Below, piece after piece: positions 1-13,225 of a stretch of 64,000 bases of DNA (position 1 is its first letter; each line of letters starts with the position of its first letter). The notes beneath the pieces are model-generated. The model saw only the letters and a program-made list of their open reading frames with translations. It searched no databases and was not told where the DNA came from. The DNA is from Octopus sinensis (taxonomy: Eukaryota). The stretch covers positions 72,540,001 through 72,604,000 of the forward strand of contig NC_043000.1 of the NCBI RefSeq assembly GCF_006345805.1. Direction: 5' to 3'. Made by a program: the position numbers and the translations under genes.

Positions 1-85
1 AAAACATCGGTGCCCATCACTCCTGGATTGGATTAGAGGTGAATTATCTTTGTCTGTTCATGACTTTCAGGTATTTTAATAATGT

Positions 86-192
86 CCGGTCAATTCATCG
101 ACGGCAATTTGTCGTGGTTTAGTTTGTCCTCAGTCAATTCGTCGTTGGTCAATTCGTCCTCAGGTCAATTCGCCGTCAGTCAATTCGTCGAG
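86..192. repeat. Array of ~7 degenerate ~15-bp direct repeats (core GTCAATTCGTC), probable subterminal repeats of the adjacent MULE remnant
   Basis: gtcaattcatcg, gtcaattcgtcg, gtcaattcgtcc, gtcaattcgccg and gtcaattcgtcg recur at ~15-bp spacing, ~180 bp from the end of the MULE-like coding remnant. Confidence 0.6.
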
Positions 193-370
193 ATCATAGG
201 TTAAATGGAAGAACGAATATGTGAATTTAAAAAAAAAAACGTTTATTTCAAGATTTGTTGTATTACATATTTATTTTTTTATTAAAATTTAAGATTATGT
301 GCAATTACTTTTAGAAAAATAATTCTTTGGCTTGAATCATATTTTTCCGTGACATTTTTTATACACAGGT

Positions 371-1340
371 TCATATCTGTATTTTTTTCTTTTGGCTTGG
401 TTCTTCTCCTTGCATAAACTTTTGCAATTTGGTACTGGCAAACACTTTCTTACATTTAATCATATCAATAAGTTTACAAATATTTGGATGGCTAATATTA
501 ACTGTGTTTTTCAGCGCGCTGTGATAGGCTTCTAAATTATTTGTAGTACGAGCAATACCTGTCATACATCGAGCCCAAACATTCCATATTGGTAATATAA
601 ATGGAGGTTCAAGGCGTCGCCTCCTCTGTCCTCTTCTTCTATGTGGTTCTATATAATCATTTTCAAAATAGGATACAACTGACTGTGAAATATCATCATC
701 ATCTACAAGTTGTTCATATCCATCTACAACATCATCAACCGGCAGGAAGGTAAGGACAACAAAGCACCACAGTTTTTATACTAAAACTGTCATCTTCGTG
801 GTATCTGCATTTTAGTCCTTCTTGTACAACATGCTTGTACACATTTTGTCCTAAATGAAACAAGCAGTATGCCAAATTCGACCAGGAAAGGATCCCAGAA
901 ATCTGTTACGGGCTGCTTTTTCGAAATCCATAATTATATTATCAGGTCCCTCATTCTGTCATAATTCATTTATTTTGGTAAAAAGTCTACTATAAGTGCC
1001 TTGACTTTTGTCAGAGGGCAGTGCGAACAATAGTGAGACATTAAAATTATCAATTTGAATGGGAAGTATATATATAACTGAAAAAATATACTAGAGCAGC
1101 ACTTAAATGTTCCATCTGCGGCCCAGTTCTTGTGCTGTTTTAACTGTCGAAGTGCTTCGTCATTTGCAAATATTAATATTCGTTTAGAAACTTCCATTCC
1201 GCTGTCATACTGTAAAAACGTTTCCTCATTGTCAAGGTATTCATTTGAAATGGAAAACCCGACATTTGTAAGTATAGTTGGGACCAGTTTGCCTCCAACG
1301 TCTAATATTCCTTTTGAGTTGTGCAAACAGAGGTATTTGC
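371..1340 (-). mobile_element. Degraded Mutator-like (MULE) transposase fragments
   Basis: ORF 970-1326 has ILIFANDEALRQL...WAADGTFKCCSSIFFQLY, the MULE 'DGTF..P..F.QLY' first catalytic-Asp block. ORF 371-565 has ARTTNNLEAYHSALK, the MULE C-terminal 'RTNN.E..H' block. The frames are broken. Confidence 0.75.
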
Positions 1341-1559
1341 GACAATGTACAGTCGTTTAAATTATGAACATCACTAGCTCTAATTGAACGAGCGGCATCA
1401 CGAGATGAAATAGACTTTACTTTAATATTGAAAACTATTATCTTTCATTGAGTTAAGCGCCTTTTCTCCTCTCTTTATTATTTTCGAGATTTTCAGTAAC
1501 CATATTTCGGCGCATATCTACTATACCCTAAGTAAATGTGCTCTTTTAATCCTCGATTT

Positions 1560-2700
1560 CATCATTTCCCAAGTCTGTTCAGCTGAGTGCTACATCTTCT
1601 GGCCACATATATTTTATGTGGTTCATTTTAAGGCCTACAGCTAAGCTCTGAGTGTCCAGTTCTGTCAACATGGTCTTTGGTTTCAGTGATGAATCATCTG
1701 GGAATCGGAGGAATGCTAGTAGCTCGCCATTGGTGTTCAAGTCACCTATTCAGTTAGTGCCCTTAATGACCATTTCTAGTCATGCAATAAAGAGCTTTAG
1801 AGAGATGGTATCTCCTACTCAGCCTACTCAGTTGGGACCCTCACTGATAATGATAACAGAGATATATCTGCTGTGCGTCCAGAGTGAGCATCTCTGAGAA
1901 GTTTGATGTACTGCGCCTCGACACCTGGCATTTCCAGAGATTTCAACACTGTGTTTATCTTGAGGCTATCAAAGGCCTTTTCGTAACCAACAAAAGTGAT
2001 ACATAAAGGAAGTATGCAGTCGTTTGCTTGTTCTGTGAAGTGTGTTTAGAGTTAATATGTGATCTATCATGTTGTAGTTCTTACAGAAGCCGAAACTTTT
2101 GGTCGCCGAGGTGTTTCAATAGAGGTGAGACAAGAGGTATATGGGGGTAATAGATTTTAAATCTTCTTTATCACCCTTCTTATGAAGCATGGTGGTATTT
2201 GACTCTTTCCACAGGGAGGTTACCTTCCTTCAAACAGTGATATAAGTGAAGAACGAGAATTTTTCACGGTTCTTCACCTCCGCATTTTGACATATTTGTT
2301 GCGATGCCCTATTTCCCAGGAGCTATGTTTAATCAGTTTCAAGGCATTTTCAATTTCACTGATCAGAATAGGTGGCCCTTCTACATGCGCTCTTACACTC
2401 AGGTGAGATGTGAGCTGCTACGAAGGGGATATAACATCGATTGATGACGATGCAAAGGGCCGAGATGAGATAAAGAACGGAGTGGAGTGAAAGATGTGAT
2501 CGCAGAATAACGAGAGCACAAGTTCATCTGGGCCAGGCATGACACAAGATTCACATACTCGTGGTATCGAGAGATTGTAAAAAGCCATTTGGAAAGCCTC
2601 ACCGACGATGGAAAGAAGATTTAGTTAAGCCATTTGGGTAAAGATGAAAAGGAATAGCGCAATCGAGGCAGAATTGGAAGTGAATTGTGACCATGTATCT
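1560..2700 (-). mobile_element. Degraded RTE-clade LINE reverse transcriptase fragment
   Basis: Manual minus-strand translation of ~1920-2160 gives PIYLLSHLY* and LPLCITFVGYEKAFDSLKINTVLKSL, resembling the RTE RT blocks 'RPISLLSHLYK' and 'PL...F.DYEKAFDS'. Stops are present and the outer limits are approximate. Confidence 0.65.
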
Positions 2701-2761
2701 GATGTCTGATCGATATTGCGATACTGTGATGCTGCGATTTCTTGCATAATTATTTATTATA

Positions 2762-2852
2762 TCTTCTTCTTCTTCTTCTTCTTCTTCTTCTTCTTCTTCT
2801 TCTTCTTCTTCTTCTTCTTCTTCTTCTTCTTTCTTCTTCTTCTTCTTTTCTT

Positions 2853-2883
<31 letters not shown>

Positions 2884-2908
2884 TTATTATTATTATTATT
2901 ATTAATAT

Positions 2909-2976
<68 letters not shown>

Positions 2977-3002
2977 TTACTACTACTACTACTACTACTA
3001 CT

Positions 3003-3041
<39 letters not shown>
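2762..3041. repeat. Compound trinucleotide microsatellite (TCT)n-(TTA)n-(CTA)n-(TTA)n
   Basis: Read directly from the sequence. Confidence 0.97.
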
Positions 3042-3520
3042 GAGTGAGAGAGCAGTGCATGCCATCAAAGTGACACTGGGGTAAAATATACGAAGCCCAG
3101 TATACCCATCATGACTACCCGTCTGATAAAGGGTACACTAGGCATATGCATCATAACCATATGTGCTCGACATGGTGATCTCATATCAAGATATACAGCA
3201 CATGACCTTACAGGTGAGGCCCAGTTAGAACTCATGTTTCCAGAGGTGAATTATTCAAACACCAAAAAATCCCTCTCAACACATGGCTATGATGCTCCCC
3301 CACTACTTCTGCTCGTGATCAGAGATGCACATATCGTCAGCCACTAAGGGATATGGTCAACTGGTTAAGGTCAAACAACTGACAAGCAAATCTGTGGTAT
3401 TCAGCAGAATATTTGCTGTAGCCCATCTTTTATACCAAGACAAAACAATGTACATGATAACGCTTCCAATCAGTTAAGATCAGAAGCCATGAGGGCCACT
3501 GCATGGTACTGCATCAGGGC

Positions 3521-3524
<4 letters not shown>
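3042..3524 (-). mobile_element. Non-coding interspersed repeat flanked on both sides by TTA repeats (copy 1, with ~80-bp internal deletion)
   Basis: Reverse complement of 57564-58117 over its whole length. There is no ORF with recognisable homology. Both ends abut (TTA)n. Confidence 0.85.
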
Positions 3525-3568
<44 letters not shown>

Positions 3569-3587
3569 GATTATTATTATGATTATG

Positions 3588-3619
<32 letters not shown>

Positions 3620-3656
3620 CATCATCATCATCATCATCATCATTATTATTATTATT

Positions 3657-3712
<56 letters not shown>

Positions 3713-3761
3713 ATTATTATTATTACTATTACTATTATTATTATATTATTATTATTATTAT

Positions 3762-3799
<38 letters not shown>

Positions 3800-3830
3800 T
3801 TACTATTATTATTATTATTATTATTATTAC

Positions 3831-3864
<34 letters not shown>
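3525..3864. repeat. Compound microsatellite (TTA)n/(TCA)n/(GTA)n
   Basis: Read directly from the sequence. Confidence 0.97.
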
Positions 3865-3867
<3 letters not shown>

Positions 3868-4282
3868 TGGTCTTATTTTTATAACGTGCTTTCACTGCAC
3901 TATCGGGCGCAGTTTTGTGTACCTTGGATATATGGTGTAGTTTGTTGTGATGCTCTTATATTCACTGTACTGAAAGTGTTTTACGTAGGATGTGTGCGGT
4001 GCCTAGTAGTGCTATTTTTTGTATGTTATATATACTTGTTAGTCCTGGTGTCTTTTTTACGTATTTGTCTGAATGCTTTTTTATCATACATAATCCACCT
4101 ACTATGATAGGAATTGTTTCTATTTTTAGGCTCCACATTCGCGTTATATCAAATCTTTGTATTTTGAAAACTTCTGCGTTTCTTTTAGAGATACATTGTC
4201 ATTTGTTAGAACTGATACATCGATTAAAAAGCTTTCTTTTTCTTGATAATCTCTGACAACTATATCCAACCTATTGACATTA

Positions 4283-4343
<61 letters not shown>

Positions 4344-6750
4344 TCCCTCTCTCCCTCTCTCCCTCTCTCTCCCTCTCTCTCTGTATTTGCATATTCCAAA
4401 ATATGGTTGCTTTCTCATTTTCCGTGACCGTTTCTGGCGTGTGCCTATACCATCTTTTTTTCTGTTGTTATTCCATAGTGTTGGCATAGCGTCCAGTGTA
4501 TATAGATCCCACGTGTCTGTGAATATATTCCTTCTTAGCCAGGACTGGGCAACCAGAGACAATATGATTTATTGTTTCTTGTCCATATCTACATATTCTG
4601 CAGTTACTTTTATTTCTTTTCATGACATTTTTTGGGTAATTTCTGATGGGAAGGCTTTGATCTTGTATTGCAATCAAAATCCTCCAGTCTCTGCTTTGAA
4701 TTCTGAGCTTCTCAGTCATTTGGGGGTTTTTGCTTTGTGTATTTTCTTTTCTATTTAGTTTAACCCAATATTTGCCATGAAGGGGCTTTTCTTGCCATCG
4801 TTTTATCATGATTCGTTGCTGTTCCAGTTTTAGTTTGGATTTCAGTTGTTTTACATCTTTTGTTGCTTCTTCTTTTTCTTCATTATTAAGTATTTTGATT
4901 TTTTTGTTTGTATTTGTATTCCTTAATAACTGAAAACAGTTTTTTGTTTTTCTTCGTCTTTTGTTGCTATTTCTATTACTTTACCTTTCTTCTGAAGAAG
5001 GTATTTCTGTAGTCTTATTTTGTAATAATTTTCTAGCTGTATAAGGTCTCTACCACCTTCGATACGTTGTATATATAACCTTTCTATGTCAGATTTTGGG
5101 TGGTGCATCCTAAATCCTGTCGTTATTTTTCTTGTTTTCTTGTCTATTTTGATTAGTTCATTTAGAGTGTATTTAAGAATATTGTAGCTGTAAGTTATAA
5201 CTGGTATGACTGAAGTTTTGATACCTATTGTCTTGTTTTTTGTATTGAGCTATGATTTAAGTCTTAATCTAACTCGTTTGTAGTATTCTTTTCTTATCTT
5301 CTCTTTCATTTGTGTGTGTTGTATTGTATTTAGTTCATTGATTCCCAAGTATTTGTATGTATAATTTTGGTCTAATTCTCTTGTTTCATTTGTTTTATCT
5401 AGTGTGATGTTGTTACTCTTAACTAGGTTTCTTCTTTTCAATGTTGATTTAGCACATTTTTCTAAGCCAAGTTTCAGATGTATTTCTTTGGTAAATCCAT
5501 GTACAGCTGTATATCATTTGTAACGTACAGTTTTAAATCATCCATATATAGGAGATGGCTGATTGTTTTGTCGTGACAGTTGTATCCATATCCAGTTCTG
5601 TTTAGCATGTCGGATAAAGGTGTCAGTGCCAAGCAGAAAAGGAATGGAGAGAGCGTGTCTCCCTGAATATTCCTCTTCTAATGGGGATGGCTTTGATTTT
5701 TATGAGTCCCTCTTTTGTCTGCAGCTGCAGCACTGTCTGCCGTTCCTCTATCCCTCACCCTGCAATCTTTCTGTTCTGGAATCAAATTCTGACTGTCAAG
5801 ATGCTCGTAAATGCTTCCTGAAACCATTCCTGTTAACAGCTTCCACACTAATGGTAAGCAAGTGATTGGTCTAGTTGCATTACCCTTGCTTTTAACTTTC
5901 ATAACGAGTACTGTTCTCCCTCTAGTTAGCCATTCTGATATTATTCCTCCATTAAGGCAATTCTAAAGTTGTTCCCTCAGCCGCCCATGTAACCTACTAA
6001 ATTTCTTTAACCAGTACCCTTGAACTAAATCTGGTCCTGGGCCCTCCCAATTCAGCAATTTTCCTAACACTTTACACATTAATGCACTAGTTAGTCTGGC
6101 TGCTTCTCACTCACTATTTCTTCCCCCGCTTTCTTTAATCATATTGCATCTCCAATACGATTGACTAGCTTATCCCAAATATTACTCCAGAACTTTCTAG
6201 CTTCTTCTTCATTAGATTTCTCATCTTCAGTACTTTCTTCTCCGCGATTTACTTGGTTATAAAATCTCCTCCGGTGTCTCTCAAACAATCTACTCTGTTG
6301 ATACTGATCTATTCTTTTCTGATATCGGAAAAACATAGCTGCTACTGCTATTATACGCTGTTTCAACTCTTCCATGACTGTTCCAAATCCTTTCTCTTTG
6401 ACTAAGTATCTTTTCTCAAGAGAATCTTATTTCCTAACTTGTTCAGTTTCCAGGCTTCTATTCTACTCAGATCTTGTTTTAAAGTCTTCGCTTTATTTTG
6501 AAGTCTCCTTTTCTCCATTTGCTCATTTCTAATTTTTCTTTGTGGAATATTTAATCTTCTAGTAACTACTACCCCTCTTGCATAGATCAATGAGTTAGTG
6601 CTACCTACATTTTTGTATCTATCCTACTGGTAACTGAATCTACTTGCCTAGTCATATCTAGCAGCTTCCTTCTGTTGGTACCTTTTAATGCTGGCAATCT
6701 TTTCTTTCTTCTTTACTCATTGATTCCCGCAACCCATCTAAAATCTTCTT
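3865..6750 (-). mobile_element. Degraded R4/Dong-like non-LTR retrotransposon (RT plus restriction-like endonuclease), interrupted by a (CT)n tract at ~4287-4382
   Basis: Fragments include RPITCLPLVWKLLTG, MHHPKSDIERLYIQRIEGGRDLI, WQEKPLHGKY, CRICRYGQETINHIVSGC (CCHC) and RLDIVVRD...LIDVSV (PD..D nuclease-like). The 3' end runs into (TAA)n on the minus strand at 3864. Confidence 0.85.
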
Positions 6751-7009
6751 AATATATTAGAGAGGGGGTAATTAACCAAGTTGGGTAACTGTCCTTGGGG
6801 TAGTTGTTGTCGATGGGGTGGAATTGTCCTATGGGGGTAATTGTCCTGATACGGCCAGCTGTTCCTTCCTGATTGGTAGTGCTATTATAATCTTTTCCTT
6901 TAGGTCCTTATTTAGCTGGAACTGTATTTCTTATGTTGCTGTTTATCTTTTCTACTTCCTGGCGTTTCTTTTCCAGTTCTCTTGTAATCTCTTCCACCTC
7001 CAGTTCGCT

Positions 7010-7620
7010 TTTCCCATCACTTTCATTATCGCAGGATCAACAGACATCAATGACATCAAAAAGCAACAACACAAACAAGAACACTGCCACCTCCACTATC
7101 ACAACCAGTAGCAGAACCATGCCCACTAACAACAACATCATTAACGAAAAAGACAAAGGAAACGAACCACACAAATCCACACCTTGCGAGTTCGATTTTG
7201 CGCAATTTGCAAAACAAATAAGCGAAAACATTTTTATAAACGAAACTGAATTAAAAAGTGCTGAATATATGTGGGAGAAATGTGGTACTAAATATTCCTA
7301 GAACTGTCCACGAAGAAATTAGTTCGCGGACAGTTCTATATAAAACAATTGGAGTCAAAAGTAGAAAAGTAGGGCAGGCAATATACCAGCAAATTGAAAA
7401 ATGCTTGGAGAAGCAAAACATATACAACCAGGGGAAAAAATTCGGAATTGTTGAACAGAAATTCGCCTCAGAGGAAGAAGAGGCCAAAAATCACTCAACA
7501 GTCACCCTAACGAATGACGAACTCATCCTCATCCCCATCAAACTTGGTCAAAGACTAGTCAAAATTAGAATACTCAACATCCCACCAGAAATAAACATCT
7601 AGTTGCTGGCTGCGATTCTC
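7010..7620 (+). mobile_element. Isolated ORF1 fragment of an L1/Tx1-like element related to the 36-47 kb elements
   Basis: DFAQFAKQISE matches DFASAAKQISE. GKKFGIVEQKFASEE matches GKRFGTVEVRFPTEE. LILIPIKLGQRLVKIRILNIPPEIN matches LLLIPTHLGRRVTKIKIDLVPPELN in the Tx1 ORF1. Confidence 0.75.
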
Positions 7621-8732
7621 CTCGACATAAAAAAACCAACATTAGATCGATCTAATCGACTATCCCCCACCCCGCACACACACAAACATTTCGGGTCTTG
7701 TACCTAGAGTAGAAAAGAGTAATAGATTAAGCGGAATAAAAATTAAACGTGTATAAAATAAAGTACATTACTTTTATATATTTGGTGTGAAATATAATTC
7801 AACTCGTATGAACTATATTAATCAATTATTAGTCATTTAATAGATTACTGTAAAGCAGAGTTTCTTCTTTTCTAGTAAAAAGAAATATGAGATCGACACT
7901 GGAAACAAAAGAAAAATGTTAGCACATATGGAATGGGTTAATTATTAATTGGGCAAATTCACAGAATGAAAAGAAATTTTAACACATATATCTCATATTT
8001 TTTAGGAAAATAAAGTGAGCAAGCCACAGTTAAAAACATTTATTCTCCGAATCGGCGATCAAGAATTAAAATAACAAATGATGGCTCTGTCTAATAGTTA
8101 TTGCATGACAGCTACCATCTAAAAACAGTGCAATTTGATGATACGTTGGTTCGGTCAATATCAGTATTGCTAAAATAAAATTTTGGAAAGTTATTCCACA
8201 TAATTTATTTCAAAATTTCTGCCTTCACCAAACATCTCTACCACCATATAGCACAATAACCCAGTCAGTTCAAAACCATTAGTGTGTGGGAGGGCGTGTG
8301 TGTGCGTGTGTGTGTACGTGCGTGTGTGTATGTGAATGAGTGTGCGCACGTGTATACATATATATTTGCGAGTACGTGTATGCGCGCGCGTTCACAGACA
8401 CACACACATACGCACACACATACATACACGACATACACGCACGCTTACATACATATATACATATATATATATATGTATATATATATATGTGTGTGTATAT
8501 ATATATGTATATATATATATGTGTGTGTGTGTGTGTAATTGTTAAAGAGGACAGCAAATATTAAGGCAAAACAAACATCTCAAGGACTTATGGACTAACA
8601 TCTACACTATCGGAAAGTTGAACTGTGAACTTTAATGCTTCTTTTTTCTTCTTTTTCTTCATTTCTATATTCCTTTTCTCCTGTCCTCTGTCATCGTTTC
8701 ATTAATCTGTACCCTTCACATTTTCCCTTTTT

Positions 8733-8788
8733 GTCTCCGATGACGGAATATCCCATACTCATGGATATCCCAGAAACAGTTGTAAGAC
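8733..8788 (+). ncRNA. Degenerate type I hammerhead ribozyme motif (Penelope-like LTR type)
   Basis: GTCT-CCGATGA-helix II (GGAATATCC/GGATATCC)-GAAAC-AGTT-GTA-AGAC. Helix I is GTCT/AGAC. The core reads CCGATGA instead of CTGATGA, and the helix III segment is AGTT rather than a palindrome. Confidence 0.55.
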
Positions 8789-8999
8789 TTTGAATTTTAC
8801 CAATAATAATAACGTTTATGACTCGAGATGTTTTCCTGCCTTAACGCTTGTTGTCCTCTTTAACAATTATATATCCGACATATCGGAAGTCTACAATGGT
8901 TCCATAAATACCGTCTCAACTATGACCTTGGAGTCCTGGTAATCCGTTACAGTACTTACCCAGCGTACCTAGTCGTTTAGATCACCTGTGAACTAAACC

Positions 9000-9069
<70 letters not shown>

Positions 9070-10139
9070 ATATAAAGGATATATATTATTTTGAAAAATA
9101 ATTGGTCGAATAAGAGTATATATATACAATTGCTTTTCTTCAAACATGCTCACATCCAGAATCACTTGCGCTGCATTCCGACCATTATATACTTATCACT
9201 GGAATCACAGCTGTTACAAACTACTTGAATATGTATTATATATTTAAAAACAAATGTTGAGTATCCCAAGTTCATAGTTCTCAAAAAAATTAAAATGGCA
9301 ACTTCAACATTCACACATCTATCTCTATGCAGTCATACCGGAAATGTGTAGAGAAAATCAAATCAACTAAACTACAAACATATTTATCATATTTTCAGAT
9401 TTGCTGCACTAAATAAACTCTGAATATTCAACCAATTAGCCTCCATTTAAAACAGTTATTGCATATTAATCACAGCTAGCCCCATCCAACAAATACAATT
9501 TAAAAAAATTTTTAAACCGTCATTTTCCATAAATTGATATTCTACTAAAAAACCTTCCGCCCATTTCAATCAGAAAATTCGCGAAATTGTCCATTAGAAA
9601 TCACTACAGACTAATTTTACTCAAAGTCGATTTTAGTAAAAATGTATAAATAGAAATTTGTAAAATTATTGCTAATGCCATTTGAAAGCCACACAAAGGA
9701 CGCTATTATTTCTAGACAATTTTTGGATATTTCTTTCTTCTTGTCTTATATCAACTACTAATTCAAATTCCAAAGGAAAACAGTAAGAAGAATTCATAAC
9801 TTTCAATGACACCAGAAAAATTTCTCCCGACAAAGCAGGCTTCATACACGTACACTGTGTTAACAAATGTATGATTGTGTATGTGAGTAGATGTGGATGG
9901 AAGTGCATGCGTGTGCGTTTATAAGTGCGTGAGTGTGTGTGCGTGTGTTTCTTCATGTATATATATGTGCGCGTGCGTTCGTGTGTGTGTGTGTGTGTGT
10001 GTGCACGCGCGCGCTTATATTTTTTAAAATTTAAATGTGCTGCAGATTGTGATATTTATTTTACTACGTAACTGGTAACTTGACGTCAATTGTTCAATGG
10101 TGAACACATATTTTGAGAAGTATATTAGTTGACTTGAAC

Positions 10140-10256
10140 TCAAGGTCCATAGGATTGGTCCATCCAGTTATCGGGCTGTTGCTGATACATTCCGGTGTTG
10201 GCACGTGGTGGAGCATCCATAATTAATCTTTGACCGCTACTACCATGTTGATAACT
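10140..10256 (-). CDS. MFSD6: MFSD6-like transporter, predicted terminal coding exon (SYQHGSSGQRLIMDAPPRANTGMYQQQPDNWMDQSYGP*)
   Basis: Acceptor ttttaacatgtcttttgcAG precedes the exon. It is 117 bp, starts in phase 0 to match the 24696 exon end, and is open to a TGA at 10142-10140. The assignment rests on phase continuity, not homology. Confidence 0.6.
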   Translation of the reverse strand, partial: SYQHGSSGQRLIMDAPPRANTGMYQQQPDNWMDQSYGP

Positions 10257-10273
10257 CTGCAAAAGACATGTTA

Positions 10274-10346
<73 letters not shown>

Positions 10347-10706
10347 ATTTATTTTTATGAATATTTAGAAGGAATAGAATGACTCTGGGGTCGAGAGTTT
10401 CGTGCGTTCCCTATACTTGTATTTATACTGTATACAAAAACGACTGGATAGTTTAAAACATCACGATACGCATTTCAGTAACTTGGTCTAATTCGAATAT
10501 AAATCCATTGCATAATTTATTAGGTACGTAAATTCGTAATTTTATCCATCGCCATTTCATTCTGCTCAGTATTTGGGTAAAAATGTGATAAATCCATGAA
10601 GAAAGCGAATATTAATCAGAAACAAAATGCAACAAGGCAACGAGGGTTGAAAATATATTTAGGTGACTAATGAAACAGCTCGATTCTGAATGTATTACAA
10701 GCAACA

Positions 10707-10787
<81 letters not shown>

Positions 10788-11489
10788 ACAAACACATACA
10801 CACGCAAACACACACACACAGATGTGTGTGCGGGTACGCACGTGTGTGTGCGACTCGTTATTTGCGCCGAGCACAGTGAGATCTGAAACGATTATTCGCG
10901 CAAGCTGATTTAGAGGCAAAATATAAGCTGTAGTGTGGATCATAAGAGAATAGCTTCCCCCTATTACGACGACACACAGACTCAACACACTCGGCTCACT
11001 GGACGATATACATACATGCATGCGAACGTAGGTACATACATACATACATGCATACATACACACACACACACACACACACACTGGGTAAGACTTAGTAGTT
11101 ACAGTGTTTTGAGTAGTGTAGAACCACCTTCGAGAAGAAGGTGAATTCGTATAGAAAACCTGAACTCCAGTTGGTTTCTGGACATTTCAACCTCTGATGT
11201 GTCACTGGTCTTAGAACTGATAGCCGTATGAAGTGGGATCAGTGCTGTGCAACACTTTATCCACCCAAAAGAAATTCACGCTTGCTTGGATTTACTGAGT
11301 TTAGGAAGTGATCTTATTCGGTCAGGAGTTGACTTCCATCATGTATGTACGTATGTATGTATGTATGTATGTATGTATGTATGTATGTATGTATGTATGT
11401 ATGTATGTATGTATGTATGTATGTATGTATGCATGCATATATGTATTGATGGATGGAGGGATGGATGGATAGATGGATAGATGGGTTCG

Positions 11490-11690
11490 TGTTGTGCTTG
11501 TCCTCCATCACTGCCTAACAACCGATGTTGATTTGTTTACGTTCCCGTAACTTAGTAGTTCGGCTAAAGAAACTAATAAAATAAATACAAGATTTAAAAA
11601 GTACTCGGGTCGTTTTGTTCAATTGAGTCCTTGTTCGACTGAGACGGTACCTCAGTATGTATGCAGTTCAATGACTGAAATAAGTAAACT
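11490..11690 (+). mobile_element. SINE body/tail fragment (family also at 12860-13225 and 24510-24590 on the minus strand)
   Basis: Shares 'gtttacgttcccgtaacttag...cagttcaatgactgaaataagtaaa' with the reverse complements of the other copies. Confidence 0.6.
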
Positions 11691-12338
11691 CTAACACTTC
11701 TATCAACTTCCACCACTCTCTTACCACTTCCATCTACTATAAACTCACACACTTATCTCAAGTTCTTCTCCTTCCACCCTACCCACACCAAACTGTCCAT
11801 ACCTTACTCTCAGTTCTTCTGTCTTCGCCGACTCTGTAATGACAACCATGACTTCAGGACACAGTCCCAACTCATGATTCGCCATTTCACTGAATGAGCA
11901 TAGCCCACCACCGTCATCCAAATAGCTCTTACCGGCATCGATCTGTTGACGGTGCATCCACTCTTTCTCCCGCACCTTCCCCACTTTTATCCACCTCCCT
12001 TTCCCTTTAATTTCCCACCACTCAACCCTACTCCTCCAACGCACTGTTTTAAGTGCTTTCTGCCAATTCCTTTGTAACCCCTCCACCTTCCAAATCTTCT
12101 TCAACCCAACCTTCCTCTCCTTGAGACACGCCTGTAACATATATGACCTTCTGGTCTGCGGCTGCTTTCCCACACCAGGTACTCAAAGTAGCTCCTTCTC
12201 ATGTCCTCGCCCACACTGTTGCACCGCCCCTTCCTCTCCAATACTACTATCCCCTACCACATCACCGACTCATTCACCTGCACTTCCAGAAATTTAGCCA
12301 ACTGCACCCTCTGTTATCTATCTTCCACTTTTTCTCTC

Positions 12339-12373
<35 letters not shown>

Positions 12374-12490
12374 CACTTTCTGTACATTGGTCAAACTGGC
12401 CGGCGTTTGGCTGACCGGTTTGCCGAACATCTTCGGTAATGACATCCCAGTTTCGCGCCACTTCCACTCGACGGACCATCTGCCACCCCT
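11690..12490 (+). mobile_element. Penelope-like element fragment (RT C-terminus plus GIY-YIG endonuclease), interrupted by (CT)n
   Basis: NSHTYLKFFSFHPTHTKLSIPYSQFFCLRRLCND matches the PLE RT thumb region. FTCTSRNL..CTLC and YIGQTGRRLADRFAEHLR...PVSRHF match the GIY-YIG domain. Confidence 0.8.
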
Positions 12491-12764
12491 ATTCTACCGG
12501 ACACATCCAGAATACTCACACACATTAACTCCATACAGATGCACTCTATCCAACAGACCCATATACATGCCAACTGAAAGCAGAAACATACACATGCGCA
12601 CATATGCATACAAACACGCATAAACACACACAATATTCACGCATAAGCACACAATATATTCACACAATAGCATCACACACACGTACCTGTACACATACAT
12701 ATGAAAGCCTCAAATACACACAATTGATAGCCTTATACACATACGTTAGACAGCCTCATAAGGC

Positions 12765-13225
12765 TATAGAGGAGGCTTGCCCAAAGTGCTACGCAGTGGA
12801 ACTCTACCCAGAATCATGTGTTTAGGAAGCAAACTTCTTACCACACAGCCACATCACAATATTTTTATCTTGTATTTGTGTCAGTCATTAGACTGCAGCC
12901 ATGGTTTAGTCGAAGAAATCGACCCCAGTACTTTTTTTTTTCTAGTACTTTTTCTATCGTACCATTTTACTGAACAGCTAAGTTACGGAGACATAAGCAA
13001 GCCATCGCCGGTTATCAAATGGTAGTGGAAAAGAAACAAAAATAAACACACAAACACACACACACACATATGTACACATATATACAACAGGCTTCTTTTC
13101 ATTTCCGTCAACCAAATTCACTCACAAGGTTTGGTCGGCTCGGGACTTATATAGAAGACACTTGCCCAAGATGACATGCAGTAGGACAGAACTCGGAATT
13201 ATGTGGTTGGGAAACAGACTTCACA
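12765..13225 (-). mobile_element. Two tandem tRNA-head SINE remnants
   Basis: On the minus strand 'gtggctgtgtggtaagaagtttgcttcc...' is followed by a B-box-like segment and 'gggcaagtgtcttct'. The head occurs at ~12770-12850 and again at ~13140-13225. Confidence 0.6.

Noticed and set aside
86-192. Regularly spaced repeats as a CRISPR-like array
   Set aside because: The units are ~15 bp and essentially contiguous with no unique spacers. The context is eukaryotic and next to a MULE remnant.
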